Shown here: piece by piece, positions 19,891-28,989 of the stretch | Layout: each line of letters opens with the position of its first letter | How positions within the stretch are numbered: position 1 is the first letter of the stretch | Assembly: GCA_964595645.1 (NCBI GenBank) | Contig: CAZQQT010000005.1 | Span: 32,001 to 96,000 of the forward strand | DNA length: 64,000 nt | Origin: an uncultured Thermococci archaeon | GTDB taxonomy: Archaea; Methanobacteriota_B; Thermococci; Methanofastidiosales; B48-G16 | Reading direction: 5' to 3' | Notes under the pieces: model-generated | The model's input: the letters and a program-made list of their open reading frames with translations, nothing else | The model's database searches: none | What the model was told of the DNA's origin: nothing | Made by a program: the position numbers and the translations under genes

Positions 19891-20711
19891 ACCTCGAAGA
19901 ATACCTCGGAACGGATACCATACAGTTTGCACCATCAGGGACCATGGCTATCTTTTCCACACTTTACCCCTCCAGGGAGAAAATGCTTGGAATACCGGAT
20001 CAGGGGGGTTTCAAAGGGATTTTAACGATCGCCAATCTTCTCGCAATGCCGTATACGTTGATAGAGACAGAGAAGGGATTAATTATTCCGGAACATATTA
20101 GGGACGTTGATCTTTTCGTCTTTTCCTCATTTTCAGGGTATATTGTAGAAAATGATGTTGATACGATAGTGTCACACTGTCACGATCACGAAATATGGAC
20201 CATTGAAGATATTTCCTCTGGATTCTCATATCCATCGTTTGGAAAAGGTGATATCGTGGTGTGCTCCACAGGACGTCCCAAAATCCTGGAGTGTGGATGG
20301 GGCGGGTTCGCCGCGTACAGAGAGGGAGAGCACTCCCCGCTTTTTAACTATATGGAGCCGCCAGAAGGATATATAGAAGGGCTCCAGCACCAGGTAGACC
20401 ATGCCGGGGCAAAACTCCAGAAACTATTGAGGTACAGCAGTCTCTTAAAGGATTTTGCATTCGATGTGCTTTTCGAGGATGATGAGGGGCCCTCAGTCTT
20501 TGTGAGAACAGAGAATCCAAAGAAGATTTTAAAAAGGTTGAATAAGAAGATACGACCGGATACAGGGTACTCCCTTTTTTCCCAGTGTCCACGGTTCGAT
20601 AGAGTACAGGAGGAGGGATTTGTGATTGAAACAATCAAGGTATGGGAAAGAGATGAAGATGAGATCCTCGAGATAGGAAGAACGATAGAGAAGGTGGTGA
20701 CCGATGTTTAA
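19887..20711 (+). CDS. Fold-type I PLP-dependent enzyme-like protein (DegT-like, archaeal)
   Basis: SGTMAI, IPDQGGF, EDIS, STGRPK (putative PLP Lys), GGF. Confidence 0.6.
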   Translation: MNLEEYLGTDTIQFAPSGTMAIFSTLYPSREKMLGIPDQGGFKGILTIANLLAMPYTLIETEKGLIIPEHIRDVDLFVFSSFSGYIVENDVDTIVSHCHDHEIWTIEDISSGFSYPSFGKGDIVVCSTGRPKILECGWGGFAAYREGEHSPLFNYMEPPEGYIEGLQHQVDHAGAKLQKLLRYSSLLKDFAFDVLFEDDEGPSVFVRTENPKKILKRLNKKIRPDTGYSLFSQCPRFDRVQEEGFVIETIKVWERDEDEILEIGRTIEKVVTDV

Positions 20712-21339
20712 ACATTTAAAAACCTACCTGCTCACTGGACTCGTTATTGTGATTCCTGTAGCTGCCACTGTGTACATATTTTATTACGTGTTCAGGTGGA
20801 TCAACGCTTTTATTCAGGATCTCGCTCCAGGTTTTTTTGCCAAGTATGTTCCACATATCCCCTTTCTTAATGTAATCATTTCGGTACTGATCGTGCTCGG
20901 GATAGGCTTTTTCGCCAGCGTTTCCGTTGGAAAAACAGCGATAAACTACATGGATAAATGGATGAAAAGGATCCCCATTGTGAGCGAACTGTATTTCACA
21001 ATTAAACAGGCCTCAGAAACACTTTTAATACAACAAAAAGGATTTAAAAGGGCAGTAACTTTGGAATATCCTCGAAAAGGAGTGTATGCCATAGGATTTG
21101 TGACAGGAGATACCTATAACGAAATAAAGGAAGCCATAGGTGATAAAACCATGGTAAATGTCTTTATCCCCACATCTCCCAATCCCACGTCCGGATACCT
21201 CGTCTTCGTTCCCAAGTCTGATCTGAGGGATGTGGACCTCACCATTCAACAAGCAATAAAAATCGTGATCTCAGGTGGGTTCCTGAAAAAAGAAGAGTTA
21301 AGAAAAGGGAAAAAATTATCCGATGAACTACCTATTTAA
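20704..21339 (+). CDS. DUF502 membrane protein
   Basis: EYPRKG...GFVT, VFIPTSPNPTSG, ISGG. Confidence 0.9.
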   Translation: MFKHLKTYLLTGLVIVIPVAATVYIFYYVFRWINAFIQDLAPGFFAKYVPHIPFLNVIISVLIVLGIGFFASVSVGKTAINYMDKWMKRIPIVSELYFTIKQASETLLIQQKGFKRAVTLEYPRKGVYAIGFVTGDTYNEIKEAIGDKTMVNVFIPTSPNPTSGYLVFVPKSDLRDVDLTIQQAIKIVISGGFLKKEELRKGKKLSDELPI

Positions 21340-21579
21340 ACTCTCGTTTATAAGCTGCTCTCTCTGTATTTTTTTCTCTTTTTTGATTTTAAAGCCGTGA
21401 CCTATCTTACTTGCGAGCTCTTCCTTTGATTTTTTCTTGTCAACCACAATGAACCCTCTCTTGTGGTAGGCATCGATAAACGCTCTATAAACTACTGGAT
21501 CTGTACTGAGAGCGTACTGTATCTTTCTCGCGTCCTCAGGGGTGATGTCTTCAAGTTTAAACTCGATTCTTCTCAGCAT
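21328..21579 (-). CDS. DUF3213-like small protein
   Basis: EDARKIQYALS..VYRAFIDAY pattern; directly downstream of tes. Confidence 0.6.
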   Translation of the reverse strand: MLRRIEFKLEDITPEDARKIQYALSTDPVVYRAFIDAYHKRGFIVVDKKKSKEELASKIGHGFKIKKEKKIQREQLINESLNR

Positions 21580-21588
21580 CGCATCACC

Positions 21589-23343
21589 TTAAAAGAACTC
21601 CTCTATATCTGTATAGGTCTTTTTATACTGTTCGCTTTCTTTCGTTTCAGCGATGAAATCCTTCGTTCGCCGGTACTTGTCCTTTTTGTACTCCCATCCA
21701 GGATTTTTCTCTTTCCACTCCTCTGGAGTGTAGCTGAACTGTGTCTGAACTTTGTCTCTGTAGAGTTCAGGAATGACGTTGAACGCACAGAAAGGAACGA
21801 TTCTTCCATCAGGCATGGCGTAGTGAATCACGCACCGCTCAACTCGCTCGATATCGTAGTTGTAGTCATCCATGAAATGCATCATACCGAGGAACAGGGT
21901 TTTCGTATGGAACTCTCCCAGTGCTCTGTAGCTCCCCTTGATAAATGCATTCCTCATGAGATTCAGTACATTGAGACTCTCTGGTGCGTACTCCTCATCG
22001 TAAAATCTCCTGAAGTTTAAGAGTATCTCCGCCCCCACTCTTGTTTTCGAAAGTTTTTTAAGCCGTTTTATATCTTTTAGTCTTTCCGCTTTTTCATTGA
22101 GATACTCGACAAATCCCTCTACATCGATAAATCGCGGTATGGGGATTATCTCATCTTCATCCCGGAACACGTAGGTGGCAGCACCGCAGGAAAAGTGGGA
22201 TGTCATATAGTATCTCTTCCCGGTGAACACCTCAAAAAATCGTGCGATATGGCCGGCAATAGGAATAGAATACCAGTCCTCCATGGCTATCGCACCGTTG
22301 GTCTGTTCTTCTATTTTCTGTATCGCTCCTGGGACGGTGATCCTGAGCTTCCGTCTCTCCTCCTTCGGCGTTCGGCCCACCAACGAAACGGGCTGCATAT
22401 TGACACTTCGGATCACATCCATATGGTTGAATGCGAAATTAATGATATCGCCCATTCCATGATCATTCATATTTCTTATGATTGTTGGAACAAGTACAAT
22501 TCCAGGTCCTCCCGCCTTTCGTACGTTCTCCAGGATCCACGGTATCTCCCAATGATTTTTCCAGTTTGTTGTGGGGGTCATCCCATCGTAACTGAGATAG
22601 AGCGTGTTCACTCCCGCCGCCTTTAGATTTTTTGCAAGATCTGGATTATGCGCGAGATCGATGCCGTCGGTGTTTACCTGTATATGTGAGTATCCCTCCT
22701 CCTTACAGACATTCACCACATCAACCAGATCATCTCTGAGCGTGGGTTCTCCCCCGGTGAGTTGTATGGCATCTGCACCGATATCTTTCTCCTTTTTCGC
22801 GTTTCTCAGCATCATTCGTATTCGTTCAAGAGACGGTTCGTAGATAGGCTGATTTTCCTTTGCGTAGAAAAAGCAGTACCAGCAGTTGAGGTTGCACCTG
22901 TTCGTCAGTGCAATGTTTAGAAGTGCAGTGTGGCTTTTGTGTCGCGGACAGAGCCCACAGTCAAGTGGACAGTTCACCCCAGTATTCTCTACATTTGTAC
23001 TTTGCAGGTTCCAATCGTATTTTAACTTTTCAAATTGGCGATATGTGTCAGCATTCTCGTAATACAGAGCCGTCAATACATTATCAGAACATTCTTTTGA
23101 TATCCATACCATGTTATCCTTTTCCCACACCACAGCGGGGACAATTTCACGTGTTTCTGGACAGATAGAACGTGTTTCATGAGGGAGTTCACTTCCATAT
23201 TTCTTTCCAGATTCTTTAATGAGTGCTATGAATTTTTCTTTATTAATTTCAGGTATATCTATAAGATCTTTCTGTCCCCTTGTAGATTCTGCAGATTCTT
23301 TTTTTCCATCAGGGACTTCACCGTTGTCATTCACCAATATCAC
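21589..23343 (-). CDS. tes: Tetraether lipid synthase Tes (GDGT-forming radical SAM enzyme)
   Basis: SICPE, CPLDCGLC..H, CNLNCWYC, TGGEPT, HFSCG, CVIHYA...VPFC. Confidence 0.9.
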   Translation of the reverse strand: MILVNDNGEVPDGKKESAESTRGQKDLIDIPEINKEKFIALIKESGKKYGSELPHETRSICPETREIVPAVVWEKDNMVWISKECSDNVLTALYYENADTYRQFEKLKYDWNLQSTNVENTGVNCPLDCGLCPRHKSHTALLNIALTNRCNLNCWYCFFYAKENQPIYEPSLERIRMMLRNAKKEKDIGADAIQLTGGEPTLRDDLVDVVNVCKEEGYSHIQVNTDGIDLAHNPDLAKNLKAAGVNTLYLSYDGMTPTTNWKNHWEIPWILENVRKAGGPGIVLVPTIIRNMNDHGMGDIINFAFNHMDVIRSVNMQPVSLVGRTPKEERRKLRITVPGAIQKIEEQTNGAIAMEDWYSIPIAGHIARFFEVFTGKRYYMTSHFSCGAATYVFRDEDEIIPIPRFIDVEGFVEYLNEKAERLKDIKRLKKLSKTRVGAEILLNFRRFYDEEYAPESLNVLNLMRNAFIKGSYRALGEFHTKTLFLGMMHFMDDYNYDIERVERCVIHYAMPDGRIVPFCAFNVIPELYRDKVQTQFSYTPEEWKEKNPGWEYKKDKYRRTKDFIAETKESEQYKKTYTDIEEFF

Positions 23344-23420
23344 CTTTATACATGATTACTCCATCCATTATATAAAAGTTTTTCTTAACGGAAATACGTC
23401 TATCTCTTTTAGGATACCGA

Positions 23421-23783
23421 TTATGTCACCTCATATTCTAAAATTTCGCCGGAATGTGAATAGAACACAAGTGTTTCTTCTGTGTAGGGATACGCGAGTA
23501 TGCCGTGATACCGTCCATATTTTGAAAAAAAGACGAGATCGGATTCGGACGGTTTCGTATTAGGGGCGGGATGGGTATGTACTGTTCCGCGTATGTCTCG
23601 ATCCAGCGGCAGTGAGTTTCGATCGATGATGCTTCCTGTCCTGCCAAAAAAAGAGATAGGAGAGAGTATTACTTCTGAGATCACACCGTTCTTTTCTTTT
23701 AAAAATGACGCGAACTCATCTGGATGCGTATTTTTTGCGGTGTTGCACAGAAACTCAATGAGCTCTTTTTCTATTTTTAACAT
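23421..23783 (-). CDS. JAB/MPN+ (Mov34) metalloprotease
   Basis: PxE and HTHP...PSxxD JAMM motif. Confidence 0.9.
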   Translation of the reverse strand: MLKIEKELIEFLCNTAKNTHPDEFASFLKEKNGVISEVILSPISFFGRTGSIIDRNSLPLDRDIRGTVHTHPAPNTKPSESDLVFFSKYGRYHGILAYPYTEETLVFYSHSGEILEYEVT

Positions 23784-24811
23784 TCGATCAACGTATACTC
23801 GCTCGATCCGAGGCCGATTTCCTCTCCGTGCCTGACAAAGAGTTCATAGTCCACCGAGGTAAAATCCAGATTTTCCTTTCCCACGAGGTCGATACTCGCC
23901 CTTTCCAGTGCGATTGGATCATTTGAGGCGGCGATTCCTATATCATTGGTCACGAATCGATCTGTCCATGGTGCACAGTCGCAGTGCGATGTGATATCCA
24001 TGAGAAAGTTGAAAAATGTTGCTTTTTTGTTTTTTAGTACACCGTAGCTGTACTCGTTGACCTTCCGAATAAGCTCCTCATTGGTCTGGTTGCTCTCCGT
24101 CCTCATGGCGTGCTGAGGGCAGACAGTGATACATTCCCCACATCCAATACAAAGGCTGTAATCCACTTCCGCCTTTTCTCCAACAGTGATGGCATCCTGG
24201 GGACAGTTTTCTGCGCATATGCCACACGCAATACAGTCCTCACTTGCATAGGGCTCTATATTTGCGTGCATCTGCTGTTTTCCTGCTCTGTCTGCGCATC
24301 CCATTCCGATATTTTTCAATGTGCCCCCTATTCCTGCCATAGGGTGCCCCTTGAAATGGCTCAGTGCAACGATCACATCACTTTCTGCTATCGCCGCTGC
24401 AACGCGCACCGTATCAAAGTACTCTAGATTCACCTCGACTTCGCGATACTCGTGCCCTCGCAGTCCATCGGCAATAATCATCGGTGCACCGACAACTTCA
24501 GGGACAAACCCGTTGCGTGTCGCACAGTTCATATGATCCACGGCATTTGCCCGCATTCCTCGATACAGTGTGTTCGCGTCCACAAGAAATGGCTTTCCAC
24601 CGTACTCCTTGATTTTATCGACCACTGCCCGGACGTAAACAGGCCGGAGGAATGACGTATTTCCAAGTTCCCCGACATGGAGTTTTACTGCCACAAGATC
24701 ATTATTATCTATTTTTTCCTCTAAGTTCAGGCGATCACAGAGTGAAGAGAGTTTATTGGGCATATTTTCATCTTTTGAACTTGCCTCAAATCGTGCTAGA
24801 TAGACGTTCAT
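23777..24811 (-). CDS. DUF362 domain Fe-S protein with a 2x[4Fe-4S] ferredoxin insert
   Basis: VKLHVGE, HFKGH, KNIGMG, two CxxCxxCxxxCP motifs, CDC. Confidence 0.9.
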   Translation of the reverse strand: MNVYLARFEASSKDENMPNKLSSLCDRLNLEEKIDNNDLVAVKLHVGELGNTSFLRPVYVRAVVDKIKEYGGKPFLVDANTLYRGMRANAVDHMNCATRNGFVPEVVGAPMIIADGLRGHEYREVEVNLEYFDTVRVAAAIAESDVIVALSHFKGHPMAGIGGTLKNIGMGCADRAGKQQMHANIEPYASEDCIACGICAENCPQDAITVGEKAEVDYSLCIGCGECITVCPQHAMRTESNQTNEELIRKVNEYSYGVLKNKKATFFNFLMDITSHCDCAPWTDRFVTNDIGIAASNDPIALERASIDLVGKENLDFTSVDYELFVRHGEEIGLGSSEYTLIEC

Positions 24812-24857
24812 AGTTCCATACTATTGGCGAAGAATAAAAAAATTGTGGTGATGGGCA

Positions 24858-25190
24858 TTACGTGTACGGAATCAGACACAAGAATTTCAGTATGTCTCCT
24901 GTGCACCGCAGCTGGTGCTTTTCATTTGCAGGAATGAAGATCACGTCACCCTCCAATAGCTCCTTCTCGGAGTTTTCTCCCCGAACAACACCCTCCCCTT
25001 CAAGGACAAACACCTCGTGTTCCCACGGGTGTGAATGAAACGGGCTGTATCCGTTCTTTTTTATTTCAAATAGTCGCATTGCAAAGTTCTCTGCACCTAT
25101 CTCCTCGGTGATGAGCCATCGAACAGAGGTATTCACGGTACCTTCCTCAGCTTCCTCTTTTTGAACTTTCGAGTAGTGAAATTTCTTCAT
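24858..25190 (-). CDS. Cupin domain protein
   Basis: HSHPWEHE...H cupin motifs; start moved to 25190. Confidence 0.88.
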   Translation of the reverse strand: MKKFHYSKVQKEEAEEGTVNTSVRWLITEEIGAENFAMRLFEIKKNGYSPFHSHPWEHEVFVLEGEGVVRGENSEKELLEGDVIFIPANEKHQLRCTGDILKFLCLIPYT

Positions 25191-25262
25191 ATGTATAAGG
25201 AGGAGACGCAATTGAAAAATCTTGGGGCGAAAATTTATGTAGTTGTCTTCTGAAAGAGCAGT

Positions 25263-26702
25263 ATGGCACGAAAAAAATTCACTATTCTGCAGATGAATGA
25301 TAGCCATGGGTATCTCGAGCCACACCCTGAGCTCTACTGGAGGGGAGGACGAGAGCTATATAAAGAGGCAGGGGGATATGCACGAATTGCTACACTGTTC
25401 AAGGGTATACGAGAGGAAGCTGGAGCTGTTATCGCACTCGACAACGGAGATACCATACACGGGACCTTTCCCGCGGTCCAGAGTGAAGGAGAGGCACTCA
25501 TCCCGTTGCTCAATGGACTGGGATTTGATGGAATGACAGCACACTGGGAGTTCGCCTATGGGCCGGATCAGTTTAGACGCATTGTCGATGATCTGAACTT
25601 TCCCATGCTCGCTATCAACTGCTATAACAAAACGACAGATACATTGGTCTTTCCACCGTATACTATTGTAGAACGTGAGAATCTGCGTATCGGTGTAATT
25701 GGAATTGCTGCGACGATCGTGGATAAAACTATGCCCCCCCTTTTCAGCGAAGGGATTTATTTTACCCTAGGGAATGAAGAGCTTCCACATTATATCCAGG
25801 AACTTCGTGAAGAGGGCGTCGATCTCATTGTTGTAGTCTCTCATCTGGGATATCCCCAGGAGCTGAAACTCGCTGAAGAGATCGATGGTATCGACGTACT
25901 TCTCAGCGGCCACACCCACAACCGCCTTTATAATGCAGTAACGGTTAATGGAACAATCATCATACAGTCGGGCTGCCACGGATCGTTTATCGGCCGACTC
26001 GATCTTACTATCAACGAGAAGAAAGTACAACAGTTCCACCACCGACTTCTCAACGTGGATGATTCTATTTCTCCCGATCCTGAGATTGGTACCTTAGTGG
26101 AGGAGGCAATGGCCCCTCATCGAGAGCTACTGAATACTGTAGTGGGACATACACAGACGCCTCTAAGTAGGTACTTTCCCATGGAATCAACAATGGACAC
26201 GTTACTTCTCCAATCATTGCGTGAGACAACACACGCCGAAATGGCGTTCTCCAATGGCTGGCGCTACGGTGCTCCGGTCCTAGAAGGTCCTCTTACCGTG
26301 AACGATTTGTGGAACATCATCCCCACGAACCCACCTGTATCCACATGCGAAATCACGGGAAAAGAGCTGTGGGCAATGATGGAGGAAAACCTTGAGCGGA
26401 CATTTTCTCGGAATCCTTACCATCAGATGGGGGGCTACGTGAAACGCTGCCTCGGTATCCATATGTATTTTAAGATTGAGAATCCTGAAGGAAACCGTAT
26501 TCATGAGTTCTTCATGAACGGGACACGGCTCGATCCTTCAAAGACCTATACCGCTTGTTTTGTTACCACTCAAGGAGTACCAGCGAAATATGGGAGCAAC
26601 AGGCAGAATCTTGATATCCATGCCATCGATGCTCTACGACAGTATGTGGAGAGACACGACCCTGTTTCTGCAGAGCCGAAAAGAACGATCGTCCCTATCT
26701 AA
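25263..26702 (+). CDS. Bifunctional metallophosphatase/5'-nucleotidase (SoxB-like)
   Basis: NDSHG, DNGD, HWEF, SHLG, GHTH, NGWRYG. Confidence 0.9.
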   Translation: MARKKFTILQMNDSHGYLEPHPELYWRGGRELYKEAGGYARIATLFKGIREEAGAVIALDNGDTIHGTFPAVQSEGEALIPLLNGLGFDGMTAHWEFAYGPDQFRRIVDDLNFPMLAINCYNKTTDTLVFPPYTIVERENLRIGVIGIAATIVDKTMPPLFSEGIYFTLGNEELPHYIQELREEGVDLIVVVSHLGYPQELKLAEEIDGIDVLLSGHTHNRLYNAVTVNGTIIIQSGCHGSFIGRLDLTINEKKVQQFHHRLLNVDDSISPDPEIGTLVEEAMAPHRELLNTVVGHTQTPLSRYFPMESTMDTLLLQSLRETTHAEMAFSNGWRYGAPVLEGPLTVNDLWNIIPTNPPVSTCEITGKELWAMMEENLERTFSRNPYHQMGGYVKRCLGIHMYFKIENPEGNRIHEFFMNGTRLDPSKTYTACFVTTQGVPAKYGSNRQNLDIHAIDALRQYVERHDPVSAEPKRTIVPI

Positions 26703-26733
26703 CACAAGGAACTTTTCTCTTCATAATAGGATA

Positions 26734-26813
26734 AGAGGAGAAAGCAAGAAGTTGCCAACTTCCAAGGAGGTCTGATGGAGTGGGCGGAAATATATGGACG
26801 AGCTTTCTCCTCT
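26734..26813. ncRNA. Candidate structured small RNA (12-bp perfect stem)
   Basis: AGAGGAGAAAGC/GCTTTCTCCTCT inverted repeat with an internal hairpin. Confidence 0.35.
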
Positions 26814-27040
26814 CCAAAGGGGTATATGTTCTCCATTTATTTATTATTTTTTGCTATTATAACAGGGTATTCTACCAAGATATCTAAGAAAAATATGTTA
26901 CGTTATTTTAAAAAATACAAATTATAAATTTTATATTCCAATAGAGGACATAGAGAACACAAAAAGTATATAAAAATCGCATTATCCAATGTAGAAGGCG
27001 GATCAAAAAACTTTATAAAGTTTTTAGGGTAATACAATGT

Positions 27041-27652
27041 ATGAAAAAACATTACCTCCCTTCCTCCTTTGTCTATATGATATTCGATAGTATAAAAGAA
27101 CAGTTGGGGGACCGAGGACTAACACTTTTATTGAAAAGAGCAGGTCTGGAACGATACATAAAAAATCCTCCAAAAAATGATGATACACCTTCTCTTTCCA
27201 GTAAAGAACTTGCGGAAATAGCTGCTTCCACCTACACCGTCTTTGGAGAAAAGGCAGCGAAGCCGCTCCTGCTCCGTTGGGGGAGAATGACCTTTGAGCA
27301 GTCGTTAAACGAAAATCCTACACTTTTTGGCGTTGCAGGTGCACTCACTACGTTGATGGGGCAGGAACGAAAAGAACGATTTTTTATCAAACGAATTCTC
27401 AATGAACTCGAAAAGATCTACGATACACCGCGGGTCCTGACTGAGGACGACACGTATTTCTATATAGAGATAACGGACTGTCCGTATACTGGTGGAATCC
27501 ACACCGATCATCCGATATGTTATCCCGCCGTGGGATTCTGGCGTGCAGTGATGAAATGGATCACAGGAAATAATCATGAAGTGATGGAGACAGCTTGTGT
27601 AGCCATGGGAGACGAGTCATGCATGCTTAGAATAGCGAAACACAGCCTTTAG
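27041..27652 (+). CDS. V4R domain protein
   Basis: CPY...PIC...ETACVAMGDESC. Confidence 0.85.
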   Translation: MKKHYLPSSFVYMIFDSIKEQLGDRGLTLLLKRAGLERYIKNPPKNDDTPSLSSKELAEIAASTYTVFGEKAAKPLLLRWGRMTFEQSLNENPTLFGVAGALTTLMGQERKERFFIKRILNELEKIYDTPRVLTEDDTYFYIEITDCPYTGGIHTDHPICYPAVGFWRAVMKWITGNNHEVMETACVAMGDESCMLRIAKHSL

Positions 27653-27843
27653 AAAGAACATCGAGTTATCTTCATAGAAACTGCCATAGTATATGATCAC
27701 AAAAGTTTTTTCAGTGGTAGATGCGAGTTAACAAAGAGGAAAAAGAAGAATAACAAAAGACTCAATACTGAAAAGAGTATATAGTTTGAATTTGAGAGAG
27801 GAGTGATGTTCTCGAAATTAAAGTACTAGAGAGTGAAAAAAAG

Positions 27844-28671
27844 ATGAAGCGAATAAAGGATCGTCCTCTGACTGAGGACAATGTAAATGACATTATTTGT
27901 TGTCCGGGCGGACGTGAGATAAAAGGAAAGAACCTTGAGGGGAGGATTGAGAGGACAATTGCTTGGCGAATGAAAATGATAAAACTAGGAATGAGTGGTT
28001 TTGTTTCCTATCAAGATGGTTTAGCGAGGGGTTCCATTGAATATATGCCTGCAGAAACTGCTCCATTTCCTATCCAGGCACCTGGAGCTTGTACTCATGT
28101 GTTATCACTGGAAAACGGAGAAAGAGAATAACGAAGAGGAACATCTTGCTCAAGAAAAACGCCTCATTGATTTAGTTGTCGAGGAAACCAAAGATGAATT
28201 CGCCGGGATCGCGACGTTAGGATGGGACAATCCCACACACTTTCCTATATCGTTTTTAGAGGAGATCGGTTTCCAAGAACTGGAGAGAACTGACTACCTG
28301 GCCTTGATGTGGCTCCCCTTCGAAGAAGAAGCTACTCCCCCTGAAATTCCTCCTTCTCAATTTGAACCGCAGGATTTCTCTTCACAGGAATTACTGACAG
28401 TAGAATCTGCATCTAGTAACCGTTGTCCTTACAGCATCCATGAAACTACCCGCCTTACACGGGTGATACATAATTTGCCACAGGAGTACCGCACGCAAAT
28501 ACGTCACTTTTCACATCTTATCGATACCCACCAGGACGCTCTCACATACTCACTCTCTCCTTGGGATTGGGCTGGACGTTTTTTAACGGAAAGGAAATTA
28601 CACTCTTTAAATTAAAATCAGATCAGTTAAATCAGCTGTTACGAGACGAGATAAATAACCTGAAAGCATAA
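27844..28671 (+). pseudogene. Frameshifted GNAT/YoaP-domain protein
   Basis: Three consecutive frames join up (IEYMPAE..P / MCYHW...RCPY / WTFFNGKEI...KA*), with shifts near 28085 and 28570. Confidence 0.65.
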
Positions 28672-28989
28672 AAAATGTAACGCTGCTTTGCCGAATAGTA
28701 TTGGAACTACACCTCAGGTAGGCGTACTGTTAGTACGCTAGGAGGGTTATAAAGTGACCGGCGAAACAAAGGAGAGAACAAGAAATGCGCAGATGAGCGG
28801 ACGAGGATAGCTGGCAAAGAAAGAAATTGTAGTTGTGTACGTGAGAGAACTTGGATCATCTTATCTGGGAAATATATGTTTTATCCCTACCATCTCTAAA
28901 ATATATCGCATTGTTTTTTCGACTTTTCAGTTACATGAGCATTTAAGAGCCACGAAAAGGTATTTAAATATAGAAAGGAATATTCTATC

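Noticed and set aside
28693-28707. GAATAGTATTGGAAC resembling the repeat 3' half
   Set aside because: The 11-nt exact match is expected by chance and the 5' half does not match.
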